Below, piece after piece: positions 12,901 through 27,234 of a stretch of DNA of 64,000 nucleotides. The notes below the pieces were generated by a model. That model made no database searches and was not told where the DNA came from. It saw only the letters and a list, made by a program, of their open reading frames with translations. The number at the start of each line of letters is the position of its first letter. Position 1 is the first letter of the stretch. Location of the stretch: positions 10,108,001-10,172,000 of the forward strand of contig CM052832.1 of assembly GCA_028534125.1 (NCBI GenBank), given 5' to 3'. The translations under genes and the position numbers were made by a program. This DNA comes from Lama glama (lineage: Eukaryota).

Positions 12901-15900
12901 CCCCAGGAACAAGAAAAAGAAAAATCTGTTGGAAATGCACTTTTTCCCCCTGCCACACCCCCCCTTCTCCTGCTTTCACCGACTTAAAAGAAAAATAAAA
13001 TACATTCCAGGAACCAGGACGGCTGCGGAGCAAACTCAAACCAGAAAATGCTTAAAGATGTTTTAATGACTTAAACACAGGGCCGGTTTGTGTCTAAAAG
13101 TTTCCACATTAAAAAAAAAAAAGCAAATTCAATATTAAATATCCTTCCACCGCCTCCTGGGCCCCTCCACTGGCCCCTCCGCCGCCCCTCCTGGTTCCCC
13201 TCGCCTTCTGGGGGCTCCACCTCCCCGTTTCCCTCTGCACCTCTGCTTTCAGCTGTGGGCTATTAGCACCCGGTGTGAACAGAGACCAGGCCCCTCCATA
13301 AAGTTTATATACACATTCCAAAAAACGAAAAAACAAGGAAAAGAGAGAAAAACAACACCCTAGGTACAGGCCCAAATGCTCCTGTGAGCAGAGGCCTTCC
13401 CCTCCCCCCAAGCTCAGGGCCAGGGGAACTGTTAACTAGCAGCTGACAGATTTTTACAGCACGAATTAGACCCTCATTTGGCCCAGGATTAGCCCCAATC
13501 TTCCATCTCATTACTGCTCTGCCTTGTTGGAGCCCCCTTGGAGTTGGGGAGCTGCAGATAGGTCTTTGGGGTCCTGGCCAGAAGTCTGACTCCCTGAGCT
13601 AGGGGGGGATGGGGGAGGAGACAGGGCGGACACAGGTAATTGGTGAGACTTGGGATTCCTGGATAGGGTTGGGGGTGGCCAGCTGGAGGGTAGGCATGCA
13701 TTTCTTTTTAAATTTAATTTTAAAAATGTGTTTTTATTGAAGTATGGTTGATTTACAATGTTGTGTTTGCATGATTTCCTTAATGTGTTTGTCAGGTGGA
13801 ATGAACTGGACACCTGCCTCATGATGGGGATAAGTTGCGTGGTGGTAAAGCAGGTGCTGGCTTAGAGACTGATCTTCTCATTCCAAGGGATCATAAACTT
13901 TGGGAATAACAATAATGATTGTAATATTTACTGAGCACTTACTATATTCCAGGCTCTCTATGGAGCCCTTTTGTATTTAATCCTCAAATTAAACCCTTGG
14001 TGTGGGCACTATTGTTATTATCCCCATTTTACAGATGGGGATGCTGAGGCTTAGTGAGCATAGAAAATTTACCCAAGGACCCAGTCAGTAAGTAAGAGAG
14101 CCAGGATTCAAACTCAGGACTGAACAAATCTAGAGCACTAAGCTTTCAAGTCAAACTGCCTCTAATGCCAAGACCACAGTGGGTGCCTACTACTATATAT
14201 ATGTCTGTCTCTAAGCTCTTGGTCTGGATTTCACCTATGAATTGAATTTCAAGCCTGAATTCCTGCTGGTATAGTTCTGAGCATCTCCTGTTACCTAGTG
14301 AGAGATAAAGAGCAGCTTTCACCCTCTCATTCCAGATCCACCTCCTGGATGCAAGAACTGTTGGAATAGGATCCCGGCTTCTCTCCTACTCTTCCTGGAC
14401 CAGATGAAGCACTTTACAGGGTGTAATTTCTCATTAAGGCAGTTGGGCATTTGCCAAGGGGCCTGGGGAGAGAGAGGGGCATTCGTGTCAATAGAATGGA
14501 GAGGGGCTAAAGGAGCTGGAGCCCTGGGCAGCTGCCCAGATGTTTGGCCTCTGGGAGCTTGACTGCAGAGGCAACTCCAGCTGTTTCTGCCCTCTTCTCC
14601 TTGCAAAGGTCAGCACAGGGTGGGGAGAGGGGAGGGTGCTGGAGCAGCTGTCTGGACACAAAGCACATGGTGATGCTTTAGTCTTCTCAGCACCAGTGCT
14701 CCTTGTGGGACGGGCTGCTTCATGGACACAACTTGCTATTCAAGGGTCAGCCCAGAGCAGGAAGATGTCTGGGAATTCTGGAGCCATTCAAAATCCCCCC
14801 CCCTTTTTTTTTTAAGTGGAAATTTTGAAGTATATGTAATACTTTGACTCTATGTGCCCTTTACAAAGTTAAATCACTGTCAGGTTAGGAATGTAAAAAT
14901 GCTTTATGTATAACTTGGTTTGCTCAGAAAAGTCTTCATTTGGGTGTATTTAGAAATACGAGGCCAGAGAAAGGAAAGTTGAAATTTGAGGGAAAACTTC
15001 CAACCCTCTGACTTGGGGTGAGAAAACAAATATAAGTTTCTTTATAAATGATGTTTGTCTCCTCATGTGGTGAAGCACAGGTGTGGTTCTGGAGCTTGGG
15101 TGTCAGAAGCCACCCCCCATTTCAGAAAGGAGCCACCTGAGGAACTGGGCAGGGACAAGGAGAAACAGAGAACTGCCAAGGGCAGGCAGAGCTGGGGAGG
15201 CCAGAGCTGAGTTTTCCCAGGGATTTTAGGGGAGGAGGAGCTTGGCTCTGGGCCAGGAGCAGGCCACTGTCCTTGTGGCAAAGTCACCCCATTCCCAGCT
15301 GAGACTGAAGTTTCAATGTCTTCCTATTCTATGAGTCTACCCTACAACTTTTACTTTTTCTCTAGTCTTTTTTTCCCCCATCTAGTCTTCTTTGTCACCT
15401 CTGATTTCTAGTCTTTTCCTCCTGGAGCAGAGAGTCTCCCTGAAGTTCTCTGAAAGCCCCCAAACTCAGTTCTTTCCAACCAACATTTTTATTAGGATTC
15501 TTCAGGGATAGAAATGAGAATTAGATCCATACTTTTGCCCTTGGATGCCAGATACAGGCTGCATCCGAAGGGGATAATTTCTATTGACTGGGTACTTTCT
15601 ATGTGCCAAGTACTGTATAAAGTGATGGATGTATTATATTAACACAGTTAATCTCAAGAGGTAAGTCTCACTAAATCCATTTTACAGATGGGGAAACTGA
15701 GGCACGGGTTAAGTAACTTGCTCAAAATTAACCAGTATTTGAACCCAGGCAGTCTGGGCCCCAGGTCTGTGCCCTTAACCATTCTAGTATTCCAAGGCTA
15801 AGGGTGTTCCCAGGATGCTTGACGAGCACTGAGGAGAGCACTGTTCCTGTACCTGGGCATCTAGAAAGGCCTTTTTAAGGAGATGACCCCTCGGTGGCTG

Positions 15901-18900
15901 CAGAGGCACAGGAAATTGGAAAGAACATCCCAGGCAGAAAGGATGGCAGAGGGAGATATCACAGTATAAACTCCAGTACCTCATGCCAGAGGATCAAAGT
16001 TTTTTTGAATTTCTAGAACATAAATAGAGTGTGAGTTCAGAGCAGGCAGGAGAGCATGCTGGGGAGACAGGTAGGAGGAGGGCCAGGCTGCGGCGAGCTT
16101 GTACCATGCTTGGAGCTGAAGATATCTCCTGTAGAGGATGAACAGTCATCTGAGGGCTTATGCCAGGGAGTGATGCAAGAAATTGTGCATTCTTGATAGA
16201 ATTTTCTGGGGGAGGGAACACAGTAGAGAAATGACTGGATAGTGGGGAGACTGGAGGCGTGAACATCAATGGGGAGTTGAAGAGAGAATCTGAATAGGCT
16301 ACCTGACATGGGAAATGGAGAAATGACTCGAATTATAGGAAAAATGATTTTTTCCTTTCATTTACTATTTATAGACAGCCTTATCCCATTAGAGATTTTC
16401 AACTAGACCTCTGACTTCCTAAATTCTTCCCAGCATGTTTCCTTATTTTCCCCCTACTAATTGCTCATCCCTGGGTAACATGACCCAGTTCACATTACTT
16501 AGTTTCTTCTCTGAAAACTGGCCTATTTACTATAGCGAGGTGACCATGCCAGCTGCTTCCTGAGTTCCGGCTCTATTCCACCTGTTACATAACTGTTAAT
16601 AGCAATCCACTTCACTCTGCAAAGTGTCCTGCTTTGTACTATGATTTAACTGGTCACCCTAGTTAAAGTACATACATGAAAAACAGTCACAACAAAGCTT
16701 TGAATCTAGGTGGCATGAAATTATGTCTTAGTACATTAAAATGATCTTACTTGCTTCAGTGATAACTGAAGTAGGCAGGGTAGAGGTTATTACCACTCCT
16801 TTTTTTTCCTCCTTCCCTTCCTTCATTTTTTTTTCTTTCTCTCCTTTCTTTGTTGTTAATACACAGAGAAAAGGAGGTTCCTTATTATCTTATAGAGGCC
16901 AATTCCCTCACTTGGGTACCCACCTGACCCCTGGAGTTTCCTCAGTCTTCAAACCCCTGGTTCTTATCCATCTTTCTTACTTCAGACACAGGGAAACCGA
17001 GGCCCAGAGAGGGGGAGTTGACTTGTCCAAGGTCAAAGGCTGAGTGAGTGACAGAATTAGGTCCTGAACCCAGGTTTCCTGACTCCTAGTTCAAAGCTCC
17101 CTCCACTTCCGTCCTTGCCTCCTCAAGTCTCATCAAAGGTGGCATGCCAGTCTTCCCCTTGGTCCTAGAGAGCACCCTCTCAGCCCCTCCCCTCACCATG
17201 GATGCCCCTGCACCCCTGTCCAGCATCAGATCGGAGTGGGAAGAGGGATGTCTTTTATCCACGTATACAGATCTGAAGATGGAAAAAGTTTAAGTTTCAC
17301 AGCCCTGGAGAAAGAAAGACTCAGAGAGTGAATGCTGGGGAGACATGGTGGGTGGGGGCAGCATGGTGTGAGACAGAGACCCCGGAGGCCGTTTCAGTAG
17401 GTTAATAACCTAAGCTGTTGCGAGCTGAAATTAGACAGAGGAAGCCTCTGCCTTCTGCATGTGGAGGAGGGGGGCTAATCCTGTCCTTTGATAAATGGAT
17501 GACATTCTAGCAAAATGAGCCACTCTGCCCCAGCAGCTGCAAGGGGACGTTGGGCTGGGGAGGCGTGGGTGGGTCGGGGGCCTCCAGAGCCCCAGCAGTG
17601 AGGTTAAGATACAGAACTGCGAGGCACGGGTACATCAGCAGTGAAATTGCAGTCACTCTGTCAGCTCTTTATTAAATAACCTGCAGTAGAGACAATGGGC
17701 AAAGGTACCCGGCTCGGTTTCGATTACTCACCTTCTGCCTGGACTTTCTTGAGACCTGCCCCATTCCCCTGCCTTCCTGGGTCCTCTGTGATCACTTTCC
17801 CAGCTCTGCTCTTTCCCCTTGTTACTCACTCTCTCTGGTTCAGACCTGGACTTCCACAGTCTTTGGCAGCTGCAGCTTTTATCACCTCTGTGTGGGTGAT
17901 GCTTTCGAGGCTCCCATGTGGAGTTCAGGGACTCTCCTCCCCACTACAGCTGCCCAGTGTCCTCCATCTCTCTGTGATGGCCTGGAGTGAAGAAGTCACC
18001 TGCCTTTTTTACATTTCAAGGAGGGCCAGTGCTGCCTGGGTCTCCCCAAAGAGGGGTGGCCTCTGGGGAGCTCCGGGGGGTGCTAAATATTCAAACACTC
18101 TCAGCTCATCAGGGATGTATTCTTAGTCTCTTTAATTCATAGACTTACACCTCTAGAGGTCTCAGAGATAGGAACTGGCCCATACAAGCTTAAAACAAGC
18201 TCCATTCCCCCCAACTACAACCCCCGTCATCTCCACCCTCAGGTCTTCCAAATGTTGAGTGAAAGGCCAGACATAATTTGGTGGAATGATTTTTTGAAAG
18301 GGAAGACTGTTTGAGGAGGTTAGGCAAAGCTCTTGAAACCTAACTCAAATGATAAAATGATGGTTTTCCCAATTCTCTCCATCTTTCATTGGGAAAAAAT
18401 TAGAGGTTTTTTTAGTACATGCTGGGCAAAATCCTAGGCATTGGGGATTTAGAGAGAAAGGGGATGTGGCCCTCTTCCTCAGATTGCTGTTTGGTAGCAG
18501 AGACTAATGATAAAATAGAAGAACTTACTAGAGCTGTTATAGTGCACTTCATACGTATCACGACATAAAAATATGTGTAATATATGTACCATTTAATTCT
18601 CACAATGATCCTATGAAATAATCACTATTGCAATCTCCCATTAAATAGTGAGAAAACAAGGCACAGAGAGGTTTAGGAACTTATTCAAGGTCACACAGCT
18701 AGTAAGTGGTAGAGCTGGGATTTGAACCCAGGCTGTTTGTTTCTAGCTCAAGCATTTGTGCTTTTAAAAACTAAATTACAATTCAGTGTACTTTTGATGG
18801 TAAGGGAGGGGTGATGGCTTGTATTAGATCTGAAGGAGACAAAGATAATCCAGACAAATCCTAACATCAGCTAAGAAACTGAGACTCTGAGAAGTTGAGT

Positions 18901-20924
18901 TACTTTCTCAATGTTAGAGTTACTAAGTGGATGTTGAACTCACATCACCCATTCTCATGGGACTCTTCCTCTTTCTGGAATCTAGGAGAGATGCACCCAG
19001 CAGGGGAAGGGCATTCCAGGATGGGAGTCTGGCAGGAGCCAAGATGGAGGCCCAAGATTCCTGGTAGGTTCTGGAAACAGGAAGTAGAGAGATGTGGCTG
19101 GAGCATAGGAACATGAGGCAGGGAAAAATGAGGGTGCAAAGGGCAGTGGGGAAAGATTGGAAAGGGCCAGGATATTTTGCTAAGACAGAGGGGAGTTATG
19201 AAGGATGCTGTGATCAAATGCATTTCACTGACACCTCTCTGGCCATTGTGTGTAGAAGGGGGACAAGGAGACATCCAAAGTACTGGCCTCGGAGTCGGGG
19301 GTGGGGGTCCCTGGAGATGCTCTGGAGTGAACAAGATGTTTATAAAAGTGGGAAGAAGAGCATGTAACAAGGACAAAAGTGGGAGAAATAGAAACTCTTC
19401 ATAGGTTAGGTCCCTAACTTAAAGTTTTCAAAAAGAAATTTGAAGAGAAGAAAGTGTCAGGACGAACTGAAAAGCCTTGGACCAACAGGGTTTTGTTAAT
19501 AGGAGTGCGAGTGAAAGCTTGCAGCTGGTATTTTGCATTCATCTTCACAAGAAGAATCTTCGGATCCAGGAGTGTAAGGTAAACAGGAGTAAGAGAGAGC
19601 TGCAGCCGGAGGAGGGCTGAGAGGCTGTGAGACAGCACTTGGGTTCTCTAAGCAAATTCAAGTCCCCTGGGAGAGCAGGGAAGGAGCTTGACCAAGGCAC
19701 GTCAGGAACCTTGGAGCAATCAGGGAGGATGGGGATTCTGCAAACAGCTGACCAGTTGTCTAACGCTGACCTCAGTTATGGTTCCAGATAGGGTTTCTGA
19801 GGGTATGTTTGTGACAGTCCCCCTGGCTCCAGTCTTTATTTTTCAAGTAACTTAACTAAGTTTTATGCAGTTTAAAGAAAACACCACATGCATATAGTTT
19901 AAAAAGTCAAACAACGCTGGAAAGCTCGCCACACAACCCAGCAGTCTCCTGGGCTTCACTCCCCGTGCTGGTTACTTGCCAGGCTCACTAGAGGCACCAT
20001 TCTCAAAAATTCTCGCATTTTCCTTTTGCTTTTAAACATGTTCTGATATTTCCCTCCATATTTTAAAATAATATTCCTATAATGCTGACTCTTGATTCAT
20101 TCATTTCATCTTGTACTGTAAGCTTCTCCAGGTGAACGTTACCAGTCCCCCTCCCCTTCAGAGTCAGTGGAAGACTGCACTTCTGAGTCTCTTTCTTGTT
20201 AGAGAGGGTCATGTGACTGTTTCTGGCCAATTGAATTGTAACAAGAAGTAATGAGTCTCACTTCTGAGACAGGAAAATCTCCAACATGCTTCTTTAGTCT
20301 CTGCCTAACTGGGGGACTGAGGGTGCCATGTGTTCCAGGTGGTATTGGGAAAACCACTGACTGAATCTCTGGATGACCACATGGAGCAGAACCCCTGACA
20401 ACCCACATGAGGGATACAGTGCGAGTCAAACATAAACTTACATTATGCCATTTAGCTTTGGTGTTTGTTACTTTAGCATAACTTCATCTATACTCATACA
20501 TGTCGTATGAGTTTAGCTCACTTACACCTCTCCTCCAAACCCTCCTAGTTACATTTCAATTTTCAACAGCTTCATTTAAGATGTACCTTATTACTTTTCT
20601 CCTCTGTCACACTGTAATTTATCAGTTCCACTTTTCTTTTTTCTTGGAGGGAGATCTCCTGGGGCCCTTCAAACTTTTGCTCTAATATGGACTGAAGATT
20701 CTCTAGATTTATACAATTGTTGTTCCCTGTTTTCTGGATCATACGTTGTCTTCTTTTTTGGTTTAATTTATCTTTTTGGTGGAGCACATCCTCCAGTAGT
20801 TTTCTGAGAAAGGGTCATTGGAAGATGTATTTTTCAGATTTCCAGTGTCTGAAAATGTCTTTTTGCCATCCACAGTCATGATTGGTAAATTGGCTGGGTA
20901 TATAAACCCAGATTGAAAATAGTC

Positions 20925-23750
20925 ATGGCATAGACTACTAGCTGTGCACCAAAATCTTGAGCACAGAGAGTACATTTTCCAGCCTGTTTTGCAATAAAGC
21001 TTGGCTATGAGATGAAGTTCCCTTTCATGGAAATTAAAATTCCAGACCTGGTTCATTTGAACCCTCCAACGCATGCTCCTCCATGCTTTTCCTCCTCCTG
21101 GCAAGATGGATAGAGATGATGAAAATGAAATTATAGGGGTTTTCAGAGCCATAAGATGAAAAGAATGTCAGTTCCTGGATAACCACATAGAGAATTGTCC
21201 TGCCCTGAACAGCCCACCCAACTGTGTTCTACGAGCTAAAAATAAACATCTATTGTTTTAAAAATAAATACTAATTAAGCCAGTGAAATTTTAGGATCTA
21301 TTTGCTATGCAATCTAACCTACTCTAATTAGCACAGAAATTGATTGCAGGAGTGGGGTGATGCCACCATAAAAAGGAAAATAGTGGCATTGTCTGGGGTA
21401 GGTGGTGAGGAAACGGATATAACAGGGTGTTGATGGGAGATACCTGTTATGCTGGGACAAAAGCATTTGGTAAAACTGATACCAGAGATAATTTAATATT
21501 CCTACTGAGATTGTACTTATAGTGGAAGAGGTTAGAAAAGACAGGCAGGCTTTGCTGTCAGTTACTTACTTCACTTAGGTTGTCACTGGGCAAAGATGAG
21601 CTCAGGAAAGCACTGATCTGTTTGCAAGTAGAGATTAAAGTTTGAAGAAACAGTTTCTGGATCTTACAGAGGAGGTGATATGACTAAATAAGTCTTTGAG
21701 TTACAAAGACCATGAAGTCATCTCAGTTGAACAAAGGGAATCATCCCTGCAGCAGGATAAAGTTAAGGACATTGTCTCTCTAATAAGCCTCTTGCTACAG
21801 ATGGCTTTACAGTAGCTGATATTAATTTGACGGCTAGAAACTGGCATAAGGACAAAGAAGCAAAAAACAAACAAATAGATTTAAGAACCCTGTCTAAGAA
21901 ACTTTGGATGTGGTTACTGGCACACGTAACCTATGGGAAACAGATAGATCAGAAATCTTTTTGAAAGAAGAAATTAAACTCCCAAGGAAACCACAACATG
22001 GCCTAAAAAGATCTTTTAAACAACGCATGGACTCCCAAGCTTCCATAAGCAGTATGTGGGCTGTGAAAGATTTCCCCAAAAAGGGAATCCTCCCAATATC
22101 CACTTCAGGTGTGGACACAGGAGACAGCAGGGAATCTCCCAGAAGGCAGATCAGGGGCTACTGAAGACAACGGGTGCCTCCAGGAGAGAAGCACCGGCTC
22201 CCATGAAGTAATCCCCTTCTTTGCCAAGGCTGAGGATCCCAGCAGGTTCCACTGTTGTTATGGACCAGGGACTGTCTGTGTTTCCCAATCCTAACTGCAA
22301 TTATCCTATATATTGGGTGTGTGCAGGGCTGGAGGATGGAGCACAGTTCCCAAGTCTTTGGACCAAGAGAAATTCCATCAGACTTGATGGAAAAGGCTGC
22401 ACATCACCTAGGGGACCTGGCATCAAGCACAGCGCAGAGTCTGGGTGAGGCTTTGCTTTGACTCCCTTGGAAGGGGACTGAATGTGCTCTGTGAGTGGCA
22501 AGAAGGCCACACATGCCGCTGACTGGAAGAGACTGCTGGCTGGGCACCCAGATCTGTTCTCTCTTCTTCCTGGGCACACGGATGGCGCTCTATTTCCAGT
22601 ACCCCTTGCTGGGAGGTGTAGCTACGTGGCTAAATTCTCCCCAGTAGGATGTGAATGGAAATGACGCATGCCAGTTTCAGGCTTGGCTCTTAAAGACTTC
22701 CCGCATGTGGACTTTTATGGTCTTTCCTTGTCTTCAGGCTGGTTGGAGATACGACAAGAGGCTTCCAGAGCAAGTGTCCTAACCTGGGGTCCATGGAGCC
22801 AAAGGTCAGGGGAGTCTATGAACTTGGATGGGAAAGGTAGATCTTGATTTTTCCCTAACCATGAACTGAAATGTAGTGTTTCTCTCTATGACGAATGTCA
22901 ATAACAAACTACAGTAGTATTAGCAGTACCTGTGATTTTGTCACTAGTAGAAATCACAGATATTTTCGTATCACATTACAGTTGTTGCAGAAATCTCAAA
23001 ATATCATTACACTCATCACTCCTCGGAAATTACGGCACTTATTAGACCTGCCACTAGATTGCACATAATTGCAGTCTTCTTGTTGACAGGCAGTCGTGTC
23101 ACACAACTGGCCGACACTGAGCGGAGGAGGCATTCAGCCACCAAACGGTGAAGCCACACGTTCTCAATGGTAAAGTGGAGATCTCTGCTGCTTTCTAGGA
23201 ATCCCTGCCTGCAACTGTTGGTCAGTTAATAAGTGAAGATGGTTTTGTTTTGTTTTTTTTAAAGGTTTGCAAAACTGGATGATTCAAATAAGAATTCTTA
23301 ACTTTCCTTACTACTGAGTCCACAAATAATGTTAGTCTTCCCACTGGTATGTCTTTAAAAAAATAAATGCAACTTTAAATCACCTAGGCTTTAATTGCAT
23401 TGTCTTGTTAGCTATTGAATTAATATGGAAACACATGTATTAATTATTATATCACAGATAGTCTTTTTATATTTTGGTAGATATATGTCCATATAACTGG
23501 TTTGCTTTCTACTACTATAAGTTTTGTTTTACAGATTTAAAAATATTCTGAGAAGGCTTCACCAGACAACCAAAGGGGACCAGGGCACAAAAATGTTTGG
23601 GCAGAAGCCTGTGGTATGGCTGAGCCACAATGTAGCAGGTGCCTGAGTCCCATAGAAGAGAGAATGCCTGTTACCTGAACATCTACCAAAAAATAAACTT
23701 CTGCTGTGTTAATTTTTGGATTTATTGTTACCAGAGCACATCCTACCTCA
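20925..23750 (+). mobile_element. Degenerate MaLR element (MLT1 LTR - internal region - LTR), 3' LTR interrupted by a DNA transposon
   Basis: LTR end ctctaattagcaca followed by gaaattg..aggagtgggg (MLT1-int start, ~21335); catttggtaaaactg internal motif; second LTR from ~22520, resuming after ~23610. Confidence 0.55.
22770..23610. mobile_element. hAT-Charlie-type non-autonomous DNA transposon
   Basis: Terminus caagtgtcctaacctggggtccatgg; body cagtagtattagcagtacctgtga..agaaatcacagatattttc; end ggggaccagggcacaaaaa. Confidence 0.65.
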
Positions 23751-24024
23751 AGCAAAGACATTGATCCATTGATTTGTAGCTTTTGTTGTTACTTTTGAGC
23801 ATTTCAGTGCCATAATATTTGTCCTTCTGTGTCTTTTCCCTGCATTATGTAACCCTCACTCCCACCAATTAAATTTTTTTTAACTTAATCTTTTTCTTTT
23901 GAAATTTCACATGTTGTGCCCTAGAGTGCATCTGCTAATTTTGCCAGGCCCTCAGTGAGCCTTTTTAAATCTGGCAATTCCTATTTTTCAGTCTGGGAGA
24001 TTTTGTTATCTCTTACACAATATT

Positions 24025-24575
24025 CTGGTTAGCTACTGCTGTGTAACAAATCACCCCCCTACACACACACATCAAAATTTAGTGACCTAAAGTTACAACA
24101 ATCATTTCATAACCTCTGGGAGATGTGGGAAAAGCTCAGCTAGGTGGTTTTCTTCCATTATATTATAGTCAGATGGTAGCTGGAGCTGGGACAGTGGGGA
24201 TTGGAGCAGCTGGGGCCTTTTGGGCATCTCTCTTCTCCAGGCTTCCTGTGTGATCTCTCCACATGGCCTAGCTTGGGCTGACTCACAGTATGGTGGCCTT
24301 TGGGCAACCAGACGGCTAACATGTTCGCTCAGGGCACCAGGGCAATTCTTCCAGCAGCAAAGCAGAAGGAGAACTGCCTTTGATGACCTAGCTTTAGAAG
24401 TCAAATAGTCTGCCCTCTACCATTCTATACTGGTAAATACAGTCACAAAAACCTTTCACGATTCAAAGGTAAGAGAGTTAGACACCACCTCATGATGGGG
24501 GCATGGCAAAGTTCTAGAAAAGTGTATAGGACAGGAGACATTGCAGCCATCCTGAGAAAATACAACCTGCTACAA
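24025..24575 (-). mobile_element. ERVL-MaLR LTR (MLT1 type)
   Basis: ttagctactgctgtgtaacaaatcacccc ... gccatcctgagaaaatacaacctgctaca. Confidence 0.7.
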
Positions 24576-25921
24576 TTTCCTCTTCCTTTCAGTTCTCTCA
24601 TTATATTTCTCCTAATCATCAGTTCTGATCCTCTGGACTAATCCTTTAATTTTCTGATCTGTTCTCTCTTATTATCCCTTACTTTATCTTTTTGTTCTAT
24701 TTTTGAGGAGATTTCATTGACTTTATCATCCACCCTACTACCGTGTTTTACATATTGACCACCATTTTTAATTTGTTCTCTGTTCCTTTTAACTTTTTAA
24801 AAAATAGTGCATCCTGTTTTCGTTTCACGGATATAATATTTTCTGTTCTCTTTCTGAGGCTATAAATTATAATTTCTTTGAATTGTTCTTTCTACAATTC
24901 CCTCTTTATGAATTCCTTTTTCCCTCTAATTTTTTTTCTTTAATAGTTGAGTCTTTTCACAAATACTTGATTATTCTTGGATGTTTCTGATTGGAAGCAT
25001 GGGTGGGCTCATGTCTGGCATGTCTTGATGGCCAGGTGGTTGTTTTTATTGGGAATTCCAAGTCCAGTATTGGTTGGTCTTTTCTGTGGGGTCATTTGGT
25101 TTCTCTGGAGGAGGTTTCTCCCATCTCCTGTGTGGCGGTCCAGCTGCTGGTGCCCAGAACTGAGTGGGGAAGGGCCCAGGGAGCTCTTACCATGTGGACT
25201 GTGGTTTGATTTTCTTGGGTCCTCTGATGGTCCCATTTTGGAGTCTCCTTGCTTCACTCATTTCATAACTCCCTAACTCTGGAACAAATGTCAGGTCTCC
25301 TGCAGGGTTGGGGAGGTGTGACTGGTTGATTGTGGGGACAGGTGAGTCCCTAGAGTGGTCTCACTACTCCTTTATACAGGGTTTCAAATGATCCCTGTGT
25401 CTAGTTCTCTGCCTCACTTTGGTTTTCTGCAGTATCTGGTGCTTCCCATTTCTGAATCTTATCTAGGTTTTCTGCAACCAATAGGTTTTCCTCTCCTGTA
25501 GTTGATTATGGTTGATGGTGGCTTGGACTAGAATGGTAGGAGTGGAGGCCATGAGAAGTGATCAGATTTTGGATAGAGTTTGAAATTAGAGCCAATGTAA
25601 TTTGCTGATGAATTGCATTTAGCAAGGGTAGAGCAAGAGAGGAGTCAAGGACACCTCCAGATTTTTTTATCTGAGCAACTGATTGCAAAGTTGCCATTTA
25701 TAGAGAAAGGGGAGGACCAACAGATTCTGAAGGCTGCAGAACAGGAGTTTGTTCAGAACACTGTAGGTCCAAAGTGATGGTTAGGCATGTGTGCAGAAGT
25801 GTGGAGAGGGCAGGAGATACGAGGCAGGAAAAGCAGCAACCAAATGTGGGTTGGAGATATGTATTTGGGAGTCAATAATGTATAGATGGTAGTCAAAACC
25901 AAGAGACCACATGAGATCGCT

Positions 25922-26362
25922 CTACTGGGTTGAATAGCATCCCTTCCCCTCCAGCCCCATTTATATCCACTATGAACTGTGGATGTGATCTTATTTGGAA
26001 ATAGGGTTTTAAAAGATTTAATCAAGTTAAGATGAGGTCATTCTAGATTAGGATGGGCCCTTATCCAATGACTGGGTGTGCTTTTAAGAAGGTGAAAATT
26101 TGAATGCAGACACACATAGAGGGAAGACGTCGATGTGAAGATGGAGGCAGAGACTGGAGCTTTGCTGTTAAAGCCAAGGATGGCAGGCCACCACCAGAAG
26201 CTAGAAAAGGCCAGGAAAGATTCCTCCCTAGAACCTTTGGAGGAAGCATGGTGTCTTAATTTCAGACTTCTAGCCTCCAGAAGTGTGAGAAAATACATTT
26301 CTGTTGTTTTAAGCCACCCAGTTTATGGTACTTTGTTACTGCAGCCCCAGGAAATTACTACA
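25922..26362 (+). mobile_element. MLT1 LTR inserted into an L2 fragment (~25510-26720)
   Basis: gatgtgatcttatttggaaatagggt ... ctgttgttttaagccacccagtttatggtactttgttactgcagcccc; L2-like text on both flanks. Confidence 0.8.
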
Positions 26363-27234
26363 ATCACCAAGAATGCGCATGTAGATTGTGGGGGGGCTCC
26401 ACAGGATGGAGCCCTGGGAAACTGACTCTAGTGAAGGTCAGGAAGAGGAAGAAGACTCTGCAAGTGAGACTGAAGTGGTGCAGCCAAGGGGTAGGAGAAC
26501 CACAGCGAGAGCATGATGTTCCAGAGCAAACGTGAAGTAAATATTTTAAAAACATAGAGAGCCTAAGGTGCTCCAAGGAAGTTGATAACAATGAAGACTG
26601 AGACCTGGATATTGAACTTGGCCATGAGGAGGTCACTGGTGACCTGGACTCGTCTAGTTTTGGTGGAATGATTGATGTGAGTTAGAGGATGGGAGAGGAG
26701 GAAGTGCAGGTGGCAAGTAGATAATAACTACCATTGTCCTTGGTTTTATAGCTGGCAAAGGGAATTTCCTCATCACATCCTTACAGCAGCCCTAAGAGAT
26801 GAGCATCATTCTTTATAGAAAGGGAAACCCAGGCTCCGAGGTATTAGCAAATTTGTCCAAGGCCCCTGACAGACTGGAAGTGTAGAAACCCAGGTCTTCA
26901 GAAACAAAAATCCAAGCTCTTCGTGTGTTTCCAAGTGGCAGTTGATCTGATGAATAACCTTAGAAAGGGTCGGTGGGGGTGGGATGGTACTGCTTCTTGC
27001 CAGTACCCAAACAGTTCCAGGGCCTTCCCAGGAAACATTCCCATTTAAAGAGCATTTTCCCCAGCCCCTCACCTGGGCGTACTACTCTCATCTGGCTTCT
27101 CCCTGTGTGCAGGGGCCCATCCCCCTCCTCCTCCACATGTCTCTGCCCAAGGGGGTGAGGAGTTGCACAAGGATGGAGACCCTCATCCTAAATGGCTAGT
27201 CTGTTTCCTCCTCTCCACTCTATGTCTTCAATTA

